Program-made: the position numbers and the translations under genes
Virus record (IMG/VR): IMGVR_UViG_3300027963_000003
DNA: 64,000 nt
From: an uncultured virus (IMG/VR IMGVR_UViG_3300027963_000003)
Lineage: Duplodnaviria; Heunggongvirae; Uroviricota; Caudoviricetes
Direction: 5' to 3' (one strand)
Shown: piece after piece, positions 35,088-44,300 of the stretch
Numbering within the stretch: position 1 is the first letter of the stretch
Layout of the letters: each line of letters opens with the position of its first letter
Notes under the pieces: model-generated
Told to the model about the DNA's origin: nothing
The model's database searches: none
Seen by the model: only the letters and a program-made list of their open reading frames with translations

Positions 35088-36638
35088 TTGCAGATCATAG
35101 AAAACAAGGCGTTACTACTTAAAGTACGTGACCCAAACCGCATTACTACAGTAATACCAAAGAGTAAAATTTTGGACGATGGTAGGGTGCTAGTCAAGTG
35201 GGGGCTAGATGAAGCGCAAGTATTAAAAAACCTTAAATACAAAGACGTGCCATCTCCAATACGCGCTAACTATAAGTGGCCTGGGTTATATAAACCGTTT
35301 GACCACCAGCGTACTACTGCTGAATTCCTAACTTTACACCGCCGAGCGTTTTGTTTTAACGAGCAAGGCACAGGCAAGACAGGTTCAGTTATATGGGCGG
35401 CAGACTACCTAATGAACATAGGAGTTATCAAACGTGTTTTAGTTTTGTGTCCGTTATCTATCATGCAATCAGCTTGGCAGAACGACCTATTTAGATTTGC
35501 TATGCACAGGACGACAGCGATAGCTCATAGCTATTCAAGAGAGAAAAGAATCCAAGCAGTTCAAAGCGACGCTGAGTTTGTTATTTGTAATTACGACGGG
35601 CTTGGAATTATTAGGGATACCGTAATAGAAGAAGACTTTGATCTAGTAGTTATTGATGAAGCTAACGCATACAAGACGGTATCTACAACACGTTGGAAAA
35701 CCCTTAACTCTATCATCAAACCTAAGACTTGGTTATGGATGTTAACAGGCACACCAGCTTCGCAGTCCCCCACCGATGCGTATGGTTTAGCACGGTTAAT
35801 TAACCCCCAAGGAGTACCAAGATTCTATGGTTCTTTCCGAGACATGGTTATGTACAAGTTAACCCAATTCAAATGGGTTCCAAAACCTAATTCAGAAAAA
35901 ACAGTCCACACAGTATTGCAACCTGCAATACGTTTCACAAAAGACGAATGCCTAGACCTACCTGACATGACTTACACCACTAGAGATGTACCACTAACTG
36001 CACAGCAGGAAAAATACTACGAAATCATCCGTAAAAATATGTTAGCTGTTGCCGCAGGGGAAGAAATAACAACAGTAAATGCCGCCGCAAACTTGAATAA
36101 ATTACTCCAGCTTTCATGTGGCGCAGTCTATTCGGATAGTGGAGAGGTAGTTGAGTTTGATGCCTCTAATAGAATCAATGAGTTAAAGGAAGTGATTGAC
36201 GAGGCTAGTCATAAGGTGTTAATATTTGTCCCCTACCGCCACGCCATTGAGATTATTACAGAAGAATTGAAGAGAGCAGGATACACCGCAGAAATTATAA
36301 ATGGCTCAGTCTCAGCAAGTAATCGCACAGATATATTTGCTCGTTTTCAAAACGACACTAACCCTAAGGTTCTTGTAATACAACCGCAAGCCGCCGCACA
36401 TGGAGTAACACTAACTGCGGCTAACGTAGTGGTATGGTTTTCCCCTATTACTTCAGTTGAAACTTATCTGCAAGCTAATGCTCGTGTACATAGAGCAGGA
36501 CAACACAACCCTTGCACAGTAGTTCACTTACAGGGGTCCCCAGTAGAAAAGAAGATGTACAAGATGTTGCAAGGAAAGGTAGATATACATACAAAAATGA
36601 TTGACCTTTATAAAAATATAATTGAAGATGACTCTTGA
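35088..36638 (+). CDS. SNF2-family (SF2) helicase
   Basis: EQGTGKT, VIDEA, LTGTP, QANARVHRAGQ; probable TTG start at 35088 after GGAGAAG. Confidence 0.88.
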   Translation: MQIIENKALLLKVRDPNRITTVIPKSKILDDGRVLVKWGLDEAQVLKNLKYKDVPSPIRANYKWPGLYKPFDHQRTTAEFLTLHRRAFCFNEQGTGKTGSVIWAADYLMNIGVIKRVLVLCPLSIMQSAWQNDLFRFAMHRTTAIAHSYSREKRIQAVQSDAEFVICNYDGLGIIRDTVIEEDFDLVVIDEANAYKTVSTTRWKTLNSIIKPKTWLWMLTGTPASQSPTDAYGLARLINPQGVPRFYGSFRDMVMYKLTQFKWVPKPNSEKTVHTVLQPAIRFTKDECLDLPDMTYTTRDVPLTAQQEKYYEIIRKNMLAVAAGEEITTVNAAANLNKLLQLSCGAVYSDSGEVVEFDASNRINELKEVIDEASHKVLIFVPYRHAIEIITEELKRAGYTAEIINGSVSASNRTDIFARFQNDTNPKVLVIQPQAAAHGVTLTAANVVVWFSPITSVETYLQANARVHRAGQHNPCTVVHLQGSPVEKKMYKMLQGKVDIHTKMIDLYKNIIEDDS

Positions 36639-36663
36639 CAATGTCAATGTTTGGTACTACATT
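36635..36663 (+). promoter_or_regulatory. sigma70-type promoter whose -35 lies in a dyad
   Basis: TTGACA-17bp-TACATT; TTGACA-A-TGTCAA is palindromic. Confidence 0.5.
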
Positions 36664-36688
36664 ATAGGTATACCGAAAAGGAGAAGAG

Positions 36689-37078
36689 ATGAATAAAGAA
36701 GCATCAGCAGACAAGCTAGTAAAAATCTATGTAAAGATTCGTGATGAACGTTATGCCCTTGAGAAACAAGTCAGAGAACTTGAAGAACAAGAGGAAATAA
36801 TTAAAAGCGAATTAGCAAACATCTGCAAAGAAGTAGGTACTGATGGGTTAAAGACTTCATTTGGTACAGTTAGCAGAACATTAAAGAAACGTTATTGGAC
36901 AAGTGATTGGCAATCTTTTTATAATTTTATTAAAGAGCATGATGCCTTTCACTTTCTACATCAAAGAATTTCGGACACTAATGTGCAAACATTTTTAGAA
37001 GAGAACCCCGATTTGCACCCGCCGGGGCTTCAAGCGGATGCGGCTTACACAGTACGAGTAACACGATCTAGAAAATAG
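36689..37078 (+). CDS. Replication-module hypothetical protein
   Basis: Coiled coil plus KT.FGTV...DW..FY.FI...PPGL motif. Confidence 0.65.
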   Translation: MNKEASADKLVKIYVKIRDERYALEKQVRELEEQEEIIKSELANICKEVGTDGLKTSFGTVSRTLKKRYWTSDWQSFYNFIKEHDAFHFLHQRISDTNVQTFLEENPDLHPPGLQADAAYTVRVTRSRK

Positions 37079-37084
37079 GAGAAG

Positions 37085-37984
37085 ATGATGAGCAAAGAAC
37101 TTGCTATGTTGGACATGAGTTTACCAGCGCACTTACAGTCGCTGGAGTTGGACGATACTACTAAAGCCCTTATGGGTAGTGGTGGTGGCGGTAGTAAACG
37201 TATTTCTATTGAGGGCGGTGTATGGCGCTTGTTAGTAAACGGAAAAGAAATTGCGCAGAAAGAAGAACGCAATCTTAATGTGGTGGTTGTTGCGGCTTCC
37301 TCAAAGGTCGCTCGTACTTACTACGCTGGTACATACAAGAAGGGTGTATCCGCACCTCCTGATTGCTGGTCTGCTAACGGCGACTATCCTGATAAATCTG
37401 TTGAAGCACCACAGTCTACTGGATGCGCTAATTGCCCACAGAACATTAAAGGTTCAGGGCAAGGTGAAGGTCGTGCTTGTCGCTTTAGCCAACGTATTGC
37501 AGTAGTTTTGGATAATGATATTGGTGGAGATGTATTCCAATTAGTTCTTCCTTCTACTTCGATCTTTGGTGAGGGTGAAGCTGGTAAATGGCCTTTGCAG
37601 ATGTACGCTAAGATGATCGGTGCTAAGGGTGTTCCTATTACTGCGGTTGTAACTGAGATGCGTTTTGATACTGCAAGTTCTACACCTAAGATTACATTCA
37701 AGCCAGTACGCTTCTTAGAAACTAATGAAATTTCTACGGCTATTGACCAAGGTAAGAGTACTGAAGCTATCAAAGCAATTACTATGACGGTTGCTAAACC
37801 TAAGGATGATACCCCTGCATTAGAAGCTCCAGCTAAGTCTAAATCTGCTGACCCTGAAGAAGTAACCAAGGTAGAAAAAGAAGCTGAAGCTTTAGAGCCG
37901 ACTAAACGTACTACCAAGAAAGAAGAACCTGCCGCTAAGAAAGATTTAAGTAAGATTCTTTCTGACTGGGATGATGAGGAGTAA
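37085..37984 (+). CDS. Putative single-stranded DNA-binding protein
   Basis: PDCWS.NG...C..CP.N..GS...ACR motif, acidic C-terminal tail (WDDEE), strong codon bias, replication context. Confidence 0.55.
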   Translation: MMSKELAMLDMSLPAHLQSLELDDTTKALMGSGGGGSKRISIEGGVWRLLVNGKEIAQKEERNLNVVVVAASSKVARTYYAGTYKKGVSAPPDCWSANGDYPDKSVEAPQSTGCANCPQNIKGSGQGEGRACRFSQRIAVVLDNDIGGDVFQLVLPSTSIFGEGEAGKWPLQMYAKMIGAKGVPITAVVTEMRFDTASSTPKITFKPVRFLETNEISTAIDQGKSTEAIKAITMTVAKPKDDTPALEAPAKSKSADPEEVTKVEKEAEALEPTKRTTKKEEPAAKKDLSKILSDWDDEE

Positions 37985-37986
37985 TC

Positions 37987-38217
37987 ATGTCTAAAGGATA
38001 TGCGAGTAGCTTTATCAATGAGGTAAATGCTTCGGACAAATCCAAGATAGGGGTACAGCTAGGACTTGCTTGCACTAAACGGGATATTCCTGTAACTGAT
38101 GTGTCTGAATTTTTTAGCGTATCCCGCATGACGGTGTACTCTTGGTTTCGTGGCAAAACTAATGTCCCTGAGAAGCATTGGGACAAGATGCAAAAACTTG
38201 TTGGTAAATTGAAATAG
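37987..38217 (+). CDS. XRE/Cro-like HTH protein
   Basis: IPVTDVSEFFSVSRMTVYSWFRG. Confidence 0.7.
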   Translation: MSKGYASSFINEVNASDKSKIGVQLGLACTKRDIPVTDVSEFFSVSRMTVYSWFRGKTNVPEKHWDKMQKLVGKLK

Positions 38218-38306
38218 TTGTGTGGGGGGCTAGGTTAGCTACCGAAAAGGATATACCGCCGTCTATCCCTGCCCATCCCTTTTTATAATGACGGCTAAAG
38301 GCGGCT

Positions 38307-41168
38307 ATGTTAAATACAAATGATTTTCTATCCGTATTACTTCCTGATACAGGGTCGTATTGCGTGGTGGGATTAAAGAAAGATGAAAGCCCAAGACAAA
38401 AGTTTGTGGGAAGTATCGCAGAAGTATGTAGACTATCGGAACAATTAGTTAACGATGGGTATAACTCCTATTTTGCTTTAGCTTCATTCACCGATCCCAA
38501 AGAAGGCAGGACTGCCAAGAATGCACAAGCATTAAAGTCTTTCTTTATTGATATTGATTGTGGTGTGGGTAAACCCTATGCTGACCAAGCTGAGGGCATG
38601 AATGCGCTTAAAGAGTTTATCAAAAATACAAAGCTACCTAAACCTACAGTAGTTAATTCAGGCAACGGTATCCACGCATATTGGGGGCTACAGGCGGCTT
38701 TGCCAAGCGAGGAATGGAAACCCCTAGCTGAGAAATTAAAAGCGCTTTGCGCTATGCACAAGCTTGCGGCAGACGCATCCGTTACTGCGGATACAGCACG
38801 GGTACTGCGTATTCCAAATACTCTTAACTTTAAAGACCCACAAAACCCAGTCCCAGTAGAAATGTTACTTACCGGTCCCCTGGTGGATAAGAGTGTTATA
38901 GAAGATGTTTTAAATATACCTTTTGATGGCGAAGATATTTTTGCTGGTATGACTGGCAAGCCTTTTGTACCTCGTCAGATGGACACAATGACCCTAGCTT
39001 TAATGGGTAACAACATTTCCCGTTTTAAAACAATTATGATTAAGAGCGCTAAGGGTACAGGTTGCCCACAACTTTTACACATATACGAAAATCAAGAGAC
39101 AATAGATGAGCCTCTTTGGAGAGGAGGGCTAAGTATTGCCAACGCCTGTGTGGATAGAGATAAAGCCATCCATACCCTATCTAATAAGCACCCCGATTAT
39201 TCTGCTCAAGCTACTGAAAAGAAAGCAAGTCAGACAACAGGTCCTTATACCTGCTCTACATTTAAAAAGCTAAATCCAACACCGTGTCAAGGATGTCCTC
39301 ACAACATTACTTCTCCTATCCAATTAGGTAAAGAGTTTGCTGAAGCTAAAAAAGAAGATAACGTAGTAGAAATTCCAGCCGAAGAAGGCGAAGCGCCTAC
39401 CATATATCAAATTCCTAAATTCCCATTCCCATACACACGGGGTGCGGCAGGTGGTATATACACCAAGTTGAAGAACGAAGATGGCGACGAAGAGATGACG
39501 TTGGTTTACCCGTATGACTTTTATGCAGTTAAGCGTATGCACGACCCCGACAGAGGAGAAAGCGTTTTGCTACGCTTGCATTTACCAAAGGACGGAGTTA
39601 AAGAATTCATTATGCCTTTGACTGACGTACTGGCTATGGAAAGATTTAGAGACACCGTTGGCAAACACGGAGTAGCAATACTAGGTAAGAAAGTAAACAT
39701 ACTTATGGCATACATAACTAGATGGGTGGAAGAACTACAAGCCTCTACAGAAGCAGAACTAGCACGCAAGCAATTTGGTTGGCTACCTGACGACTCGGGT
39801 TTTATTATTGGCGACAAAGAAATTACGTCTACTGAAATTAAATACAGCCCCCCTACCGCTACAACTATTGAACTTGTACCAATGTTCAGGGAGAAAGGTG
39901 ACTTCCACGTTTGGAAAGATGTTATCAATGCGTATGCTAGAGAGGAGATGGAGGCTAAAGCTTTTGCTTTCTTTATGGGTTTTGGCAACGTGTTATTAAA
40001 GTTTACTAACCTAAAGGGTTATTTACTTAGCCTTAAATCGCAGGGGTCAGGATCAGGAAAGACTACAGTACTGCACACCATTGGTAGTATTTACGGGCAT
40101 CCCGAAGATAGTTTTATGCGGGTTAAAGATACGTACAATCAGAAGCTACAACGCATTGGTACATTTCAAAACATCCCTATTTTGTTTGACGAGATGACAA
40201 ACATGGATCCCCAGCAGAAGTCTAACTTGGCTTACGATATTACTGAGGGACGTGCTAAGAACCGTATGCAGTCTCAGAACAATGCAGAGCGCCTTAACCA
40301 TACCAAGTGGGCAACAGGATTAATTACAACATCTAATCGCTCCTTGCGTGATGACTTACTTTCTATCAAGGCTTTTCCTGAAGGCGAGCTAATGCGTATG
40401 ATGGAGTTACATATCTTTAACGACGTCAATGATGATCCTGTATGGGCAAGGCAACACTTTAGTCGGCTACATACTAACTACGGACACGCTATCTTTCCAT
40501 TTATGCAATACGTAGTTTCACATCTACCCGAGGTTATTAAGTTCTTAGGCGACGTGCAGATAAAAATTGAAAAAGCCGCCGATATTAAATCACAAGAACG
40601 GTATTGGTCAGCTATGTCGGCAATCGCTATCACAGGCGGAATTATTGCTAAGAATCTAGGACTGCACAATATCGACCACAAACCTGTAATGGCTTATATT
40701 ATTAAACATATTAAAGAATCTAGGGCGCAAAACAAACAGATGGTATCTGAAAATAGCGACTTCCTTAGCGGCTTTATACAGCGTAAGTTCCACGAGGTGT
40801 TGGTTATTAACGGCAAGAAAGACCACAAAACAGGCTTGGAGACAGGTCCGATTAGAGAACCAAGGGGCGCATTAACCGCACGCTACGAACCCGATACAAA
40901 GCTTTTATACGTGGTTGCCAAGGAGTACCGTGCTGAGTGTAATAAATCCCAGTTAAACTTTGACGAATCGTTGGCTATGCACAAGAAGAGTGGTGCTTTT
41001 TTAGGTCAGAAACGCAAGCGTATGACTTCAGGTACTATTGTAGATACCAATCTAAATGCACCAGCCTTAGTGTTTGATGCTACCAAGCTGGAGTTCTTTA
41101 GGGAAGAAGCTTTACTAAATGTTGAAAATATTAAATCAGATATTCTTGATCCCTTGGAAGAGGCTTGA
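38307..41168 (+). CDS. Primase (RepB/AEP-like N-terminus) fused to DUF927/helicase-like domain
   Basis: IDID, SGNGIHAYW, D.ARVLRIP primase motifs; GSGKTT Walker A and LFDE Walker B. Confidence 0.8.
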   Translation: MLNTNDFLSVLLPDTGSYCVVGLKKDESPRQKFVGSIAEVCRLSEQLVNDGYNSYFALASFTDPKEGRTAKNAQALKSFFIDIDCGVGKPYADQAEGMNALKEFIKNTKLPKPTVVNSGNGIHAYWGLQAALPSEEWKPLAEKLKALCAMHKLAADASVTADTARVLRIPNTLNFKDPQNPVPVEMLLTGPLVDKSVIEDVLNIPFDGEDIFAGMTGKPFVPRQMDTMTLALMGNNISRFKTIMIKSAKGTGCPQLLHIYENQETIDEPLWRGGLSIANACVDRDKAIHTLSNKHPDYSAQATEKKASQTTGPYTCSTFKKLNPTPCQGCPHNITSPIQLGKEFAEAKKEDNVVEIPAEEGEAPTIYQIPKFPFPYTRGAAGGIYTKLKNEDGDEEMTLVYPYDFYAVKRMHDPDRGESVLLRLHLPKDGVKEFIMPLTDVLAMERFRDTVGKHGVAILGKKVNILMAYITRWVEELQASTEAELARKQFGWLPDDSGFIIGDKEITSTEIKYSPPTATTIELVPMFREKGDFHVWKDVINAYAREEMEAKAFAFFMGFGNVLLKFTNLKGYLLSLKSQGSGSGKTTVLHTIGSIYGHPEDSFMRVKDTYNQKLQRIGTFQNIPILFDEMTNMDPQQKSNLAYDITEGRAKNRMQSQNNAERLNHTKWATGLITTSNRSLRDDLLSIKAFPEGELMRMMELHIFNDVNDDPVWARQHFSRLHTNYGHAIFPFMQYVVSHLPEVIKFLGDVQIKIEKAADIKSQERYWSAMSAIAITGGIIAKNLGLHNIDHKPVMAYIIKHIKESRAQNKQMVSENSDFLSGFIQRKFHEVLVINGKKDHKTGLETGPIREPRGALTARYEPDTKLLYVVAKEYRAECNKSQLNFDESLAMHKKSGAFLGQKRKRMTSGTIVDTNLNAPALVFDATKLEFFREEALLNVENIKSDILDPLEEA

Positions 41169-41319
41169 ACCTGAGCAGTCTGTATTCATCCCTTGTTTAG
41201 ACCGTAAGGCGCATGAAAAAGACCTACTGGAGGAAGCAGAAAGGCTGGGGATTGAGGTTAAATGCAAACAAGTTGTAGAAAATGGGAAATATGGCTTGCG
41301 CTTATGGAGAGTTAAGTGA
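41119..41319 (+). CDS. Hypothetical protein
   Basis: W..LE..QSVFIPC...GLRLWR motif. Confidence 0.6.
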   Translation: MLKILNQIFLIPWKRLEPEQSVFIPCLDRKAHEKDLLEEAERLGIEVKCKQVVENGKYGLRLWRVK

Positions 41320-41363
41320 TATAGTTACATCACTCTTCTCCTCGATCCCACATTGAGGACTTA

Positions 41364-41388
41364 ATCCCGCTTCGGCGGGATCCTTTTT
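41364..41388 (+). terminator. Terminator at the convergence of early and late transcription
   Basis: ATCCCGC-TTCG-GCGGGAT-CC-TTTTT. Confidence 0.8.
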
Positions 41389-44300
41389 AGTAGCCAGCCA
41401 TCCGTCGTAACTGATTTACGTTACCAAGCATTTTCTTTTCCATCTGACGGATACGCTCAATCTCTTGACCTTTTTTCTCTGCGTCCATCCTAGACTCAGG
41501 GGCTTCAATAACGTCTCTTTCGTACGCACGTAACTCAGATAGTTGCCTATTGATATTGTTTACTTGGTCTTTAGTTTTGAGAAGGTCTACTCGTTTACTC
41601 TCAAATTCTCGGTACTCTTCCACCGTGCCGTGTTTCTCAATATCCCTTAAAGTATTAACCGCCTTAGAAACTTCATCACGAAGCTCATAGTAATCATTTT
41701 TATCGGCATTGCCATACTCTTTAGCAACAAACGCACTTAAACCAGGGGTACTAGCAATCGCATCTTGCCAACTCTTTTCAGGTCTAGGTTGGTCACTAAC
41801 ACCATTTACCAATCCGTTTGTCAAATGTAAAAGTAAACCGCCAGTAGTGCCTGTAACCCCTTTAATTATATGGTCTACGTTTACGGGGGCAATTAATCCC
41901 GAACTACCAATAAATTTACCTAATTCAGAAGTGCTAGTTGTATATTGTTTTTCAGTTTCTAAACCTGCCAAGTGTTGACCAATAATAGAACGACCTGTAA
42001 AGAAGTTGTAGTTTGTGCCTACTTCTAAGAAAGGTTTAAATACTTGTGGTACAACAGTAGGGCTAAGTACTGCTTCGGCTAATGCACTGCTCATAGCACG
42101 GCGAATCTTTTTATCATCAGTAAATGAGTTATCAGTCATACCCAAGTAGGTATATTCAGCAATAAGTTTAGGCATTAAAGTTAAGTCACTACGCAATGGC
42201 AACATGAAGGCTGTACCTGGAATCAACAAGTGACGATCACGGATACTTGGATCCATCTTTTGGTAATCTTCATCATCTGCACTTAATGCGGCATACATAA
42301 ATGCCAAAGCACCAATCTTTAATGCGTTAGAAGCAAGGATACGATGCGCTTCTTTCTTTTGTTGCGGCGCAATACCTTTACCTGATAGGGTCTTGTAGAT
42401 CACGTTTTGAGCTTGTAAATACGCACCAAAGAACGGTACTACCTGACGTAACATTTGAATGTTGCCTGACGCACCAGCACGTTTAAAGTTAATAATTTCA
42501 AACGCACGCTCAACCGCTAATGCTTTATCCCCTGTTTCTTTTAGGGTCATGTTGTAAACCGCCTGACGTACCGCATTATCAGAAGCCATAGCAAAGTTTT
42601 CAAGCGCCCGCATAAACGCACCTGACTTAGTATCTTTCTTTAAGCCAGCCAAAATCTCAGCGTTTTCCCTAATAAACGTAGCCGAGTAATCACGCACCCC
42701 AACCGCACCATACTTAGTCAATTCAGTAGCAGCCGCACTTTTACCTCGTAGGGTTTTAGTAAACTCTTTAGCTACTTCTAAAGGTAACAACCAAGGATGC
42801 TTTAGTCCTGATGTAAGCATTGCACCAAACGAGTCTTGGGAAAGCTGGCTAATAGAGAACAAAGGCATCAACACGATATTTTTACGTAAAATATTTGAGG
42901 CAGCAGAAGCAACACCAAAATGAGGAATAGCGGCAGACTCTATACCCGTAAAGGCATAAACAAACAATGGGTCTTTAAACTCTACTTTTTGGCGTTGACC
43001 ATCTACCCATAAGTCAATAGTATTTTGTTCACGATGCACAGTCTCGTCTTGACGTAAATCTTTAACTTCGTCAGGAAATAGTTTTTTAGCTGTATCGTAC
43101 AGGTTTAATGCACTACGGTTCTTTACCGCACGAGCTACGGTATAACTAGTCCAACGTTCCATGTTATCAAAAATGTTGGCAACTTCTTGTTCACTACCTT
43201 TAATTTTAAAACCTTTAGCAAAATCAATCAAACCACGACCATACTCTTTAGGACCTGCTCTTTGTGCTAATTGCTCAACACGGTAGAACGGCACGTAGTC
43301 CATAATATCTAATAGTTCTTTTGCTTGGTCTTTGTTGTATAACCCGCTTTGAACTGCTATGTCCATTGTATTTTTACGAACGGCGTTCCAACTCTTTTGC
43401 ACGTCACGTAATTCAGGAAGCATTTCAAAGAACTTAAGCCCAGCTTCAATTTGCTCAGGAGTCATGTGGCTATATATTTCACGATCTGATTTTGCTAACC
43501 CTTTTAAACGCTCTGCAACAAATGCTTGTTGTGCATAGTTAGTAACTTTTTCTGTAGATAACCCGTTATTTTTAGCGATGTCTGCTAGCTTACTAACAAT
43601 CCCTGCCCAGCTATCATCAGCTTTTTCTGCTCTCCACTTATAGGCTTTAGGGTCATACTTAAGAGAACCATGCTGTAAAAACTGCATTGCAACTGCATCT
43701 GCGTGGGTAGCTTGGGAAGTGCTTACCTCAAACATCATTTGTTTAACGGTTTCCCAATTAGTTTTGTTGCTTTCTAATTCTTTACGTATAGCGTTATTCA
43801 ACGCAGAATCTGCGGAGAATAGCATTGTCTCTGCGGTGTTTAGGAACTTATTAACTGCAGACTTAGCGGCTTGCCTACTCTTTGTAGAGTCTTTAATAGT
43901 TTGAAAAGCCCCTGTTTCTTCAGTAGGCTTGGCACGTCTATTGGCTCCAGTAGCTTCATAAAGCGCATCTAGTGACGCTGCTTGAAGTAAAAAAGCTGGC
44001 TTGCCCGTACGGGTTGTAGATTGCCCTTGTTCTGCCGCTGTTGTAGTTAGGTTTAGAAGTTCTGTTAGTGCGTTATCAGGTTTAAGTCCAAGAATTTTAG
44101 CAATGCTTTGAACAAACTTATTCCATGCAGTTGTATTCTCATACTTAATATTAGATAGTTCTTTTTGAAACAATGGGTTAGACAAACCTTCAGAAACAAA
44201 CTCATCTAAACTAGATAACCCATAGGCGTCTTTATCACTAAACTTACCAAGTACATGTTGGTATAGCTTGTCCAGTGCTTTATACGTAGGGGTATTTTTT

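Noticed and set aside
37384..37917. Long antisense ORFs (this one, and e.g. 15923-16402, 39521-39988, 46341-46784)
   Set aside because: Shadows of well-supported genes on the opposite strand
38250..38300. Guanidine-III riboswitch
   Set aside because: The GCCGTC/GACGGC pairing is reminiscent, but the conserved core as I recall it is missing and the gene context is wrong
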